Source of the DNA: a virus
Taxonomy: Duplodnaviria > Caudoviricetes
Virus record (IMG/VR): IMGVR_UViG_3300042397_003635
Reading direction: 5' to 3' (one strand)
Length of the DNA: 64,000 nucleotides
Position numbers and translations under genes: made by a program. A model generated the notes under the pieces. It was not told where the DNA came from. It made no database searches and saw nothing but the letters and a program-made list of their open reading frames with translations. Positions 55,791 to 63,977 of the stretch are shown piece by piece. Positions within the stretch are counted from its first letter, which is position 1; the number at the start of each line of letters is the position of its first letter.

Positions 55791-55865
55791 TGGCGTCCCA
55801 GGAAGGATTCGAACCTACGACCTAGCGGTTAACAGCCGCTTGCTCTACCACTGAGCTACTGAGAC
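55791..55865 (-). tRNA. tRNA-Asn(GUU)
   Basis: Cloverleaf, CT-GTT-AA, encoded CCA. Confidence 0.95.
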
Positions 55866-55868
55866 TTT

Positions 55869-55942
55869 TGGCACGCCTGAAAGGATTCGAACCTCTAACA
55901 GCGGTTTTGGAGACCGACATGATACCATTTCACCACAGACGT
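55869..55942 (-). tRNA. tRNA-Trp(CCA)
   Basis: Cloverleaf, CT-CCA-AA, encoded CCA. Confidence 0.93.
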
Positions 55943-55950
55943 GTATGTTG

Positions 55951-56020
55951 AGTACAAGGTTGGAATCGAACCAACACCAATAGTTTTGCAGACCATCCGA
56001 CCACCACGATCATCCTGTAC
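55951..56020 (-). tRNA. tRNA-Cys(GCA)
   Basis: Cloverleaf, CT-GCA-AA, U73. Confidence 0.9.
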
Positions 56021-56027
56021 TTATATG

Positions 56028-56099
56028 TAGTCAATAAAGGACTCGAACCCTTACCTCTTGATCCGTAGTCAAGTGTTCTATCCATTGAACTAATCGACT
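56028..56099 (-). tRNA. tRNA-Arg(ACG)
   Basis: Cloverleaf, CT-ACG-GA. Confidence 0.93.
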
Positions 56100-56196
56100 A
56101 AAACTATGTGTCTCTCCACATCTGTCATACTTCCCTTGTATTCTGTTCTGGCGAATAGCCGTTCCTAACGGTAAAGCAGTATCAAAAACCAGTATG

Positions 56197-56270
56197 TCGA
56201 ACTGGATGGACTCGAACCATCGACCACTCGCGTATCAGGCGAGTGCTCTAACCAACTGAGCTACAGTTCG
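56197..56270 (-). tRNA. tRNA-Ile(GAU)
   Basis: Cloverleaf, CT-GAT-AC. Confidence 0.95.
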
Positions 56271-56282
56271 ATTGAATTAGAG

Positions 56283-56306
56283 CAAATATAAAACAAATAT
56301 TTGACA
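56283..56306 (-). promoter_or_regulatory. Bacteroidota-type promoter (TATATTTG = TAnnTTTG) with upstream TGTCAAA
   Basis: TGTCAAA-N9-TATATTTG ending 12 nt before tRNA-Ile; same layout at 57319-57342. Confidence 0.6.
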
Positions 56307-56317
56307 CTAAAAAATTT

Positions 56318-56746
56318 TTAATCAACTTTTTTCCAATCTTTTTCTTCTCCTAATCTGATAGGAACAAAGAGGGCGAATCCATTATCATCTTCAAAATGAT
56401 TGCAGGTATCAATATAAGTGTTACCGAACTTATATCTCCAATATTCAAATTCCTGCTTCTCAGCATTCCATTTAGCTGTTGTGGCATTACGAGTGTCGCC
56501 AATATAAACTTGACCATGGATCAGGTCGAGTTTTGGAATCGCTCCTCTTTGTATAAGTTTTGGAACATAAAAGTTTTTATATTCTTCGGGCTCTGCTCTA
56601 GGAATAGTTGGAACTTCATGTGGCTCCTTAAATGGAGTAGTTTCAGTTTCCCAATATTCCCTAATACGCTTAGCCCTTTCTGCTCTTTCATGCTCAAGTT
56701 GCTTTTGTATCTTGAGTTTCATAAACTCTTTGTCTATATTTTCCAT
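56318..56746 (-). CDS. Hypothetical protein inside tRNA array
   Basis: 142 aa; G..R...A.W, FE...GFALFVP. Confidence 0.8.
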   Translation of the reverse strand: MENIDKEFMKLKIQKQLEHERAERAKRIREYWETETTPFKEPHEVPTIPRAEPEEYKNFYVPKLIQRGAIPKLDLIHGQVYIGDTRNATTAKWNAEKQEFEYWRYKFGNTYIDTCNHFEDDNGFALFVPIRLGEEKDWKKVD

Positions 56747-56769
56747 AATAACAATTTACTAATTTTAAG

Positions 56770-56854
56770 CGGAAGCTGAAGGATTCGAACCTTCGGGACC
56801 GTTAAGTCCACAGCTTTAGCAAAGCTGCACAATAGACCACTCTGACAAACTTCC
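56770..56854 (-). tRNA. tRNA-Ser(GCU)
   Basis: Cloverleaf with variable arm, TT-GCT-AA. Confidence 0.93.
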
Positions 56855-56855
56855 T

Positions 56856-56932
56856 TGGGGTAATTAATGGGATTCGAACCCATACTAGCAGAACCACAAT
56901 CTGACGTGCTAACCATTAACACTATAACTACC
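56856..56932 (-). tRNA. tRNA-His(GUG)
   Basis: G-1:C73, TT-GTG-GT, encoded CCA. Confidence 0.95.
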
Positions 56933-57008
56933 ATAAAACCCCACTTCACCAGCTTAACGGACTGGCTGCCATATGGGAGTGGGGGTACCCCGTTAATTCG
57001 GGACTCCG

Positions 57009-57081
57009 TGGACAGGGGCGGGATCGAACCGCCGACACCAGGATTTTCAGTCCTGTGCTCTACCTACTGAGCTACCTGTCC
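57009..57081 (-). tRNA. tRNA-Phe(GAA)
   Basis: Cloverleaf, CT-GAA-AA. Confidence 0.95.
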
Positions 57082-57118
57082 AAATACTTTCCAACATGTC
57101 AAAGAACCTATTCTATAA

Positions 57119-57152
57119 AAATAAAAAACCCGAACTTTTTGGGTTCGGGCTC
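57119..57152 (-). terminator. Intrinsic terminator (attenuator candidate) between leader ORF and tRNA array
   Basis: Minus strand CCCGAAC-CCAAAAA-GTTCGGG-TTTTTTATTT. Confidence 0.85.
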
Positions 57153-57186
57153 AGTGTTTCTATAGCTACTAACTTTATAATACCTA

Positions 57187-57285
57187 TCAACTCCTGAACC
57201 CTGTTGCACGATCATTGCCTGTCCACTTCGCATACGCTACTTGGCTAAAGCAATTCTCGGTAATATGGTTCATTTGTGTTTGCAT
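57187..57285 (-). CDS. 32 aa leader peptide MQTQMNHITENCFSQVAYAKWTGNDRATGFRS
   Basis: ATG at 57285 after A-rich leader, double stop TGA TAG; lies between promoter and terminator upstream of tRNA array. Confidence 0.7.
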   Translation of the reverse strand: MQTQMNHITENCFSQVAYAKWTGNDRATGFRS

Positions 57286-57306
57286 CACTTTTGTTATTTG
57301 TATAGT

Positions 57307-57342
57307 TATTTATATTAGCTAATATACAAAAAGTTTTTGACA
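57307..57342 (-). promoter_or_regulatory. Tandem promoters of tRNA leader: TGTCAAA-N9-TATATTAG and late-type TATAAATA
   Basis: Boxes at 57336-57342, 57319-57326 and 57307-57314. Confidence 0.6.
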
Positions 57343-57460
57343 ATTAGCACTTTTATTTAAAAAATTTAAAAATTAACCTTCAGGGGCTTCACCTGCCTTC
57401 TAGTATACTTAGAACCTCCAATCTAATGGTCAGTTCAGAGCTTTTGACTTTGGTTAATTT

Positions 57461-57913
57461 TTATGCTGTGTGTTCAATCATTACCCTTACACAAGTTTGA
57501 GGTTGGGCTTCGTTCATTAAGAAGTTATTAATATACCCCATAATATTGGCACTTCCAATTGGATTTGCTGAGTGAGTATAGACCAGTGGAAATGGAAAAG
57601 GCTTTCCGCGTTTTACATCTCTCGCCAAGTCGATCCACTTTGGATTCTCATTATAAAACTGGTCAACTAACCATTTAGCACAGTCATATCCAGTTTTCTC
57701 ATTAATGTGAGTATAATCTAAAATATAATTAGGGCTTACATTATTGAAGTACTCACTCATGGCAGAATCCCCTAAGTCATGGTCAAGAGAAATTACTTCA
57801 ATATTTGCTAAACCTGTTTCCTTAACTAGGCTTACAAATTCTTCATAATTTCTAACTACAACCCAGTCAGTTCCAACTGGAGTTCGGACATCGTCTAAAT
57901 AAATTCTAATCAT
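57461..57913 (-). CDS. Cyclic-phosphate-processing receiver domain protein
   Basis: IYLDDVR, SLDHDLG, TGYD, HSANP.G. Confidence 0.8.
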   Translation of the reverse strand: MIRIYLDDVRTPVGTDWVVVRNYEEFVSLVKETGLANIEVISLDHDLGDSAMSEYFNNVSPNYILDYTHINEKTGYDCAKWLVDQFYNENPKWIDLARDVKRGKPFPFPLVYTHSANPIGSANIMGYINNFLMNEAQPQTCVRVMIEHTA

Positions 57914-58191
57914 ATCTTTTTATTTTCTCTTAATTGCTGACGCAATTCATCAATTTCTTTTATACTAAACCAAGTTCGACTTTCCCAAATATCAATTAAC
58001 AATTTAGCCAATTCATTTTCGGTATAGGTTGAACTAGCGAATAAATTATTTGGCGAGACCGGGCCATTTGCTTGAGCATAGCCATCTTCAATTGCAAAGT
58101 CGGCTAACTCTTCTTTTTCTCTGTTTGAACATTCGCTCCAATACTCTGATGGATCGATATCTAATTCGGCTTCTGTGTAAAATTCTGGCAT
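57910..58191 (-). CDS. Acidic hypothetical protein
   Basis: 93 aa ORF. Confidence 0.7.
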   Translation of the reverse strand: MPEFYTEAELDIDPSEYWSECSNREKEELADFAIEDGYAQANGPVSPNNLFASSTYTENELAKLLIDIWESRTWFSIKEIDELRQQLRENKKI

Positions 58192-58192
58192 T

Positions 58193-58420
58193 TTATTTTC
58201 TATTTAAGATTTCAACTTTAAGTAGGTCATCTGAGTCTTTGGAAACTTTAAATGTTACTTCCCTAGCACCCTTTGCCCAAAATAGCAATTCTAACATTTC
58301 AGATATTTCGTCTGGATATTGTTCACGTAAAACTGCACCAGCTCGGAATGGATCATTTTCGATCTTGTCTTTAAACTCGTCCATTGTTTCTTTAAATAAC
58401 TTTAGGTTTAACTTTGCCAT
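58193..58420 (-). CDS. Hypothetical protein
   Basis: 75 aa ORF. Confidence 0.7.
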   Translation of the reverse strand: MAKLNLKLFKETMDEFKDKIENDPFRAGAVLREQYPDEISEMLELLFWAKGAREVTFKVSKDSDDLLKVEILNRK

Positions 58421-58437
58421 TTGATATTAATATACCC

Positions 58438-58665
58438 TTAGTGAGGCCATTTTTGCTGAGGACATGCGCTTGGACCCTTAGGTGAAAATATTTTCTTACT
58501 TAGTGGACAGCCGCATGCTCCGCAATAGTGAATATTTAATTGATTAACCTTTGCTTCAGGACAGGCTTGACAAATTGCAAGTCTTTCGTCAGCAGTTTCT
58601 TTTTGTTCTGGAGTTGGATTAAACGACCTAAACCAGGCAATTGACACTTCCTTTAAATCTATCAT
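58438..58665 (-). CDS. Small Cys-rich zinc-binding protein
   Basis: RLAICQACP...CGACGC...CP..KW. Confidence 0.75.
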   Translation of the reverse strand: MIDLKEVSIAWFRSFNPTPEQKETADERLAICQACPEAKVNQLNIHYCGACGCPLSKKIFSPKGPSACPQQKWPH

Positions 58666-58710
58666 GACGATTGATTATTTTAGCTATTATACTATGAAAT
58701 AGAAATTGGA

Positions 58711-61005
58711 TTACTGGCGAAATCCAGTTCTGACTAGATAAAAATTAGTAGTTGAGCCAGATACAAGAGCATCGACGGTTAGCACCTGTAAACCAGGATA
58801 GGTTGAAGTTAAGTTAGTAGTTCCATTATTAATAGGAGTCCAATCGCTAGCTTTAAATATTCTGTAAGCTGGAGTTGAGTTTGGCCAAGCTGAAAGATTA
58901 GAATTTGCTTTAGAATAAACTAGAAAAATATCCGTTATTGATAGAGTTGAATTTCCATTCGCATCCATTCTATAATAATCCTTTGAATTAAATGATTGAC
59001 TTAAAACTTTTTGAGTAAATGATTGAGCATCAGTTGAGGTTGGATTATCTACAGTAATAGAACCAATAACTATTCTAAAATCATTTTTATTTGCACTCAA
59101 TTGGGTCGAAAAAGAATACGCTCCACTTGAATTAGTTGTACTTGAACTAAGTAGATTATAATTTGAATCGGATTTTGGTTTTGAATAAAGCTGAATTGAA
59201 ATATTTGCGATACCAACTCCTTCAGAATTATACACATTTCCAGTTTGTGTAAATGGAGCAACTATAATCATTCCAGCGCTTGAAAAGGTAAATCCACAAG
59301 TTCCATTTTGTAATTGAGCTCTATACAAAACTCCATCAGTTTGATTTGAATATGAATTAGTAGCAGAGGTATTTGTAATATCTGACCAAGTTACTCCATC
59401 ATTAATTGAACGCTGCCATTTAACAATAGTTCCAGTGTAACCGCTTAGAGTTAAGGTACCTGAGTTAGTTGAAGTTGCATGCACAGCAGATGAAACTGAT
59501 CCTCCAACTGGTGGAGTTCCTGAAGTTACAGTAATTGTTTTTGCAGTAGACAGTACCGCGCCTCCGCAGTTTGGCGTTTGTACTTCAACTCGATAATAAT
59601 AAGTTCCAGCTGTAGTAAGTGTTTGATTTAAACTGGCAGTAGTATTTGAAATGTCAGTCCAGTTAACATTATCTGTGGATCTCTGCCATTTATTAATATT
59701 TCCTTGTTGACCGGAAAGGGTAAGTTCAGCCTGTCCACCTGAACAAATTGAATTGTTTGCTGCAAATATTGTTCCTGCATTAGTTGGCTTAACCGATAAA
59801 AAAACACTTGAAGTTGCAAGGCCAGTACATGAAGTTGGACTAGTTGAATTTATAATTGCTCTATAATAAGTGGTTTTAGTTAAGTTAGTTACGGTTATAC
59901 TAGAGGAAGTACTTGTTATAGTTGTTCCAGCTGTAAAGAAGTTATCAAATGAAGATTCCCATCTAACTATACTTCCTGTGTAATTGTTTAAGGTTAAGGT
60001 TGTACTGTTTGAGCCAGAACATACATTAAGATTTCCACCTGATATCCAACCACTTGATGCTCCACTGATTTCAATATTTCTAGTTGAGATAGTTACGCTT
60101 GAAGTTATATCTCCTGGCATATCTCCGTATTCACAAATATAACCCGGTAAGCTTGTATTTGGTAAGTCATTCCATGATCCGCTATTTGCCGAATAAAATT
60201 GTGCATAGTGTTCGCCTCCAGCATTGTTCGGTTCTCCTCCTGCCCATTTGGCATATTGTCCAGTTACTGCAGTTGATGAATTTGAAAATTGAGTTCCTTT
60301 TTCTGGCCCAGTTACCCAGTGCCATTTTTGTTCTACTGCAGCTTGTGAAGCAAATGCAGTTGTACCTTTTGCTGTATTAACTTCACTGACTTCATCGGAT
60401 CCACCAAACCAACCGTCTGATGACATTAACTTCCAAATAAAATTGTTCTCAGCCTCTGACATCATTGTTGCAAGATAACCAGCTCTACCAAAATACGATC
60501 GATTGGAGGCAGAAGTTTTAGCCGCTGTCCATGAACCGCTTGATGAAACGTATTCATAGAAGTGCTCAGTTAGAGGATTATAAAATACTGTACCTGCAAC
60601 AAATGTTACACGTCTTTGGAGAGCATAACAGGTTGCAGTAGTGGATTTAAACTCTACTCCTCTTAAAACGGTTTGCCAATCAGCTGCGCTCGCTGTACCA
60701 TTAAATACTAAAATTCCAGTTGTTGTGTTAAACGCTGAAACACTTACACCTGATGGAAGAGTTGCAGTTGATCTTAATTGATCTCCACTTGCACCACTTG
60801 TATAGGCTTGAGATATCTGAACCCTAAATCCAGTAATTGTTCCATTTGCAGTTACCGCTACGTTTGGATCAACCTTTGTCCAAGTATTATAACTAACAGA
60901 TAGAGTCGAAGAGCTTCCTCCCAAACTAACAGATGTTGCTTGGGCATTTACCAAAGTTGGTGCTAACCAAATAATACTTAGTAATATGAGAGCTCTTTTA
61001 AACAT
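58711..61005 (-). CDS. Secreted adhesin-like protein: C-type lectin domain, three Ig-like repeats, dockerin-like C-terminus
   Basis: Signal LVNA|Q; WAGGEPNN, WND, YICEY; repeated G.I.KWQRS; DANGNSTLSITD. Confidence 0.75.
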   Translation of the reverse strand: MFKRALILLSIIWLAPTLVNAQATSVSLGGSSSTLSVSYNTWTKVDPNVAVTANGTITGFRVQISQAYTSGASGDQLRSTATLPSGVSVSAFNTTTGILVFNGTASAADWQTVLRGVEFKSTTATCYALQRRVTFVAGTVFYNPLTEHFYEYVSSSGSWTAAKTSASNRSYFGRAGYLATMMSEAENNFIWKLMSSDGWFGGSDEVSEVNTAKGTTAFASQAAVEQKWHWVTGPEKGTQFSNSSTAVTGQYAKWAGGEPNNAGGEHYAQFYSANSGSWNDLPNTSLPGYICEYGDMPGDITSSVTISTRNIEISGASSGWISGGNLNVCSGSNSTTLTLNNYTGSIVRWESSFDNFFTAGTTITSTSSSITVTNLTKTTYYRAIINSTSPTSCTGLATSSVFLSVKPTNAGTIFAANNSICSGGQAELTLSGQQGNINKWQRSTDNVNWTDISNTTASLNQTLTTAGTYYYRVEVQTPNCGGAVLSTAKTITVTSGTPPVGGSVSSAVHATSTNSGTLTLSGYTGTIVKWQRSINDGVTWSDITNTSATNSYSNQTDGVLYRAQLQNGTCGFTFSSAGMIIVAPFTQTGNVYNSEGVGIANISIQLYSKPKSDSNYNLLSSSTTNSSGAYSFSTQLSANKNDFRIVIGSITVDNPTSTDAQSFTQKVLSQSFNSKDYYRMDANGNSTLSITDIFLVYSKANSNLSAWPNSTPAYRIFKASDWTPINNGTTNLTSTYPGLQVLTVDALVSGSTTNFYLVRTGFRQ

Positions 61006-61007
61006 AA

Positions 61008-61454
61008 TTACATTTTGCTAACTGCGTCTAATAAACTTTTCTTTATAGCGCTAGCGAAAGTTGTTTTTTCAAATGGAAGGTTCTCATCCTTTAATTCAAT
61101 TAAGGTAGATTTAACTGTTGTTTTAGCAGTACCTTCTCCAATATATTCTTTACCATCTTTGGTAACTTTAACTTTAATAATAGTTTCCTTTTTAATTGCA
61201 GTAAAGGGTCCAATTGCAATTCCTGTAGTTGGAGCTTCAATTGAAAATACGTCTACTGTAATTGGCGAACCGTCATTACAAATTGTAAATTTTTCTGAAA
61301 CGATTTCTTCGGCTAATTGTTTAATACCGAAAATTACTCTTTCCTTTTTCATATCAGGCGCATCTGCACTTGCTACAACACTTGTTACTTTATAACAAGG
61401 TTCAGTAAATGAAAGTAGAGTAAGCGTTGATAAAACTAATAATACCTTCTTCAT
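61008..61454 (-). CDS. Exported alpha/beta protein
   Basis: Signal peptide; 148 aa; co-transcribed with CsgG-like gene. Confidence 0.7.
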   Translation of the reverse strand: MKKVLLVLSTLTLLSFTEPCYKVTSVVASADAPDMKKERVIFGIKQLAEEIVSEKFTICNDGSPITVDVFSIEAPTTGIAIGPFTAIKKETIIKVKVTKDGKEYIGEGTAKTTVKSTLIELKDENLPFEKTTFASAIKKSLLDAVSKM

Positions 61455-61468
61455 TTGTTTTTATTTTT

Positions 61469-63166
61469 TTAAAGCATAACCTTACCACCAGTTAAGACCT
61501 GATAGTTAAGCATATTTTTATTCATTTCATAAGTTCCCGAGAAACTTATATTAAATTTAAATTTCTTTGTGATTGAATAATCCCATGAACTAAATGGAAC
61601 TACTAATAAACCTGAACTCCACCATTGGCCTTCATAGAATTGAGTAAATGGAGAATAGACTCCAAGTACTAAAAGGGTACCTGTTATTTTTTTACCTGCG
61701 TTAAACATGTAAAATCCACCTCCAACTGCTGATAAGTTCTGAAACCCAGTTTCTCCAATTTTACCTGCAGTAAAGTTTAAACCGCCCATTAGGGAAAGCT
61801 TAGTAAATCTCTTTGATCCAAGTAAAGTCGTAGTATTAAAGAAGTCCCTTGCTGGATTTACCATTGACGAGTTTGCTGCAATAATTGTAGTTTTACTCTT
61901 AGGTAAAGTCCAAGCTCCATAAAAGGTAATATTTGAATTATTAATTTGAGTAGTAAAGTTTCCTAAAAATCCTCTAGCAAAAGTATTTTTAGTATTAGAC
62001 TTAGTCATACTCATTGTAAATTTAAACTGATCCTTTTCTCCCTCTTCTGCGCTTCGTACTGCAACAATATCTCCTGTTCCAATTAAGGCTCCAGTTCTTG
62101 CTCGGTTTTTATCTCCATTCTTTGAGCTACCTCCGCTTGAACTGTTACCTCCACTGCTACCTCCGCTTGAAGTTGCTTCAGCTGCATTTGATACTGAGTT
62201 AGTTGTTCCACCATTACCTCCGCTTGAATTAGATTGAGTTAATCCACCAGACTCTGTGGTGTTTCCTGTACCTCCGGCTGATCCCGAACCTGTGCCATTA
62301 GTGTTACCATTAGATCCAGTTCCAGTTGTACCAGATGATCCCGTATTACCTACAGGTGGCTGAGACGACGAACCTCCTCCTTGAGTTGACCCACCTGAAC
62401 CTGAACCGTTTCCTCCCGAGCCTGAAGCAGGGTTTCCACCTGTTTGGCCAGATCCTGAACCTGATCCAGTGTTTCCGCTTCCAGTATTTCCACTAGAACC
62501 TGTTGTATTTCCTCCGTTATTAGTAGATGATCCATTTCCTTGATTATTTCCTGAGCCTACTGATCCCGACGAGCTTTGATTGCTGCCTTGACCTGACCCA
62601 CTAGATTGACTACCCCCATTAGAACTAGAGGAGCCATTATTATTGCTGCTATTACTGCCGCCGCTATTCCCATTTCCGCCATTACGATTGTTATTATTTT
62701 TCTTTTCACCACTGCCTCCGTTACCGGTACCGTCTCCACTTGATCCATTATTTACAGTGTTTCCAAGATTACCTCCAACCGTACTTGATGCGCCAGCTAT
62801 GTTTGATGCAAGACTTGACGCCATCATTGATACTGACGTAATATTAGTCAGGGTTGAAATAATATTATTTGTAACAATTAAATTTGTTGATTGAACTGCT
62901 TGTGTTGTTGCTTGATCACAAGGTTTTCCAGCATTTGCGCCAGATGTTTGATTTAACCAAGCTAAAAATGCTCCATTACTAAAATCGGTATTAGTAAATG
63001 TTCCAACTTGTCCATAATATGTAACAGCAATAGCTGCTCCACTTAATGGAACTGAAACAAATTTAATATTTTTTGTACATGGATCTACATATTGATAAAT
63101 GTAGCTTTGCGCTTTTACTAAGGAAGTAGAAGCAAATAAAAATACCAGTAAGATTAGGTTTTTCAT
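61469..63166 (-). CDS. Exported protein with Gly/Ser/Asn-rich linker and C-terminal outer-membrane beta-barrel-like domain
   Basis: Signal LVKA|Q; ~220 aa low-complexity linker; amphipathic beta strands. Confidence 0.7.
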   Translation of the reverse strand: MKNLILLVFLFASTSLVKAQSYIYQYVDPCTKNIKFVSVPLSGAAIAVTYYGQVGTFTNTDFSNGAFLAWLNQTSGANAGKPCDQATTQAVQSTNLIVTNNIISTLTNITSVSMMASSLASNIAGASSTVGGNLGNTVNNGSSGDGTGNGGSGEKKNNNNRNGGNGNSGGSNSSNNNGSSSSNGGSQSSGSGQGSNQSSSGSVGSGNNQGNGSSTNNGGNTTGSSGNTGSGNTGSGSGSGQTGGNPASGSGGNGSGSGGSTQGGGSSSQPPVGNTGSSGTTGTGSNGNTNGTGSGSAGGTGNTTESGGLTQSNSSGGNGGTTNSVSNAAEATSSGGSSGGNSSSGGSSKNGDKNRARTGALIGTGDIVAVRSAEEGEKDQFKFTMSMTKSNTKNTFARGFLGNFTTQINNSNITFYGAWTLPKSKTTIIAANSSMVNPARDFFNTTTLLGSKRFTKLSLMGGLNFTAGKIGETGFQNLSAVGGGFYMFNAGKKITGTLLVLGVYSPFTQFYEGQWWSSGLLVVPFSSWDYSITKKFKFNISFSGTYEMNKNMLNYQVLTGGKVML

Positions 63167-63876
63167 CGTCTAAAAACTCCCTTTTTGATCAACTTGCTTA
63201 CAACTCGTGAAGCAGCAGTCTCAAGGGATTTCTTAGTAGATATACCGATCGTTGATTGATTAAATTTAACTTCATCAACTCCGTCCAATAGACTTGCTTT
63301 CTTAACGGTGATGGCTTCTCCAAGACCTGAGCCAGTAATTATTTCACCGGTTTCAGCATCAACAAATCTTACTTGAAGGCCGATTGTGGTTTTTTGTTTA
63401 ACCTCTGCACCAGATACTTGAATTTCTTCATCTTCTGAAATTGCAAAGTCATAAACTTCGATATACACAAAATATTTAGCAAGGATAACATTTCCTTTTA
63501 CCTGAATAGTATTTGCTGAGATTCCCTTATCTGATGCTTTTTGTTGAGCAATCATTTTTTGTTTAATCTCTTCTCTGTCCTCTGTGAATTTAAATCTATC
63601 GGTTGATTCTAAAAATTCAAGAACAATATTGGCAACACCAAGACCCACACGATTGTCCTTTAATTCAGGGTACATTGCATAGAGTTCTTCGTTAATACCA
63701 ATTTTTAATACCTGTATAGGAATTACAATAGTATCATCGTAATTTGCAACAAGGTTTATTGACTGTTTCTTTTCAAAATCAGCCTGATAGGTTTCAGTTT
63801 TAGTTGAACCAATGGTTTGAGCTTGAGCACCCACCGCCAATAGCAGCATGATGCAAATTACGATTAACTTTTTCAT
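63163..63876 (-). CDS. CsgG/HfaB-like exported protein
   Basis: Signal GAQA|Q; TDRFKFTEDRE, AKYFV...YDF, VRFVDAETGEII pattern. Confidence 0.7.
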   Translation of the reverse strand: MKKLIVICIMLLLAVGAQAQTIGSTKTETYQADFEKKQSINLVANYDDTIVIPIQVLKIGINEELYAMYPELKDNRVGLGVANIVLEFLESTDRFKFTEDREEIKQKMIAQQKASDKGISANTIQVKGNVILAKYFVYIEVYDFAISEDEEIQVSGAEVKQKTTIGLQVRFVDAETGEIITGSGLGEAITVKKASLLDGVDEVKFNQSTIGISTKKSLETAASRVVSKLIKKGVFRR

Positions 63877-63977
63877 ATTCCAAATTTATAGGCAATAAAT
63901 CCAATACCACCGAACCATGCCGCTGCTATTAAAATTATTTTCCAGTTTTCTTCAAAAAAGGAGTAAACCTTTTTCAT
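63873..63977 (-). CDS. 34 aa membrane peptide missed by track
   Basis: MKKVYSFFEENWKIILIAAAWFGGIGFIAYKFGI; ATGA overlap with CsgG-like gene. Confidence 0.55.
   Translation of the reverse strand: MKKVYSFFEENWKIILIAAAWFGGIGFIAYKFGI

Noticed and set aside
53580-57070. ORFs 53580, 53780, 54110, 54527, 54622, 56734 and 56867
   Set aside because: Translations of tRNA genes and spacers
56300-57342. Plus-strand TTGACA at 56301 and 57337 as sigma70 -35 boxes
   Set aside because: No TATAAT at 16-18 nt spacing and no plus-strand gene to drive; better read as minus-strand TGTCAAA elements
62100-62800. Gly/Ser/Asn low-complexity DNA as a possible tandem repeat or DGR target
   Set aside because: In-frame coding linker with no exact nucleotide repeat unit, no template/variable repeat pair and no reverse transcriptase nearby
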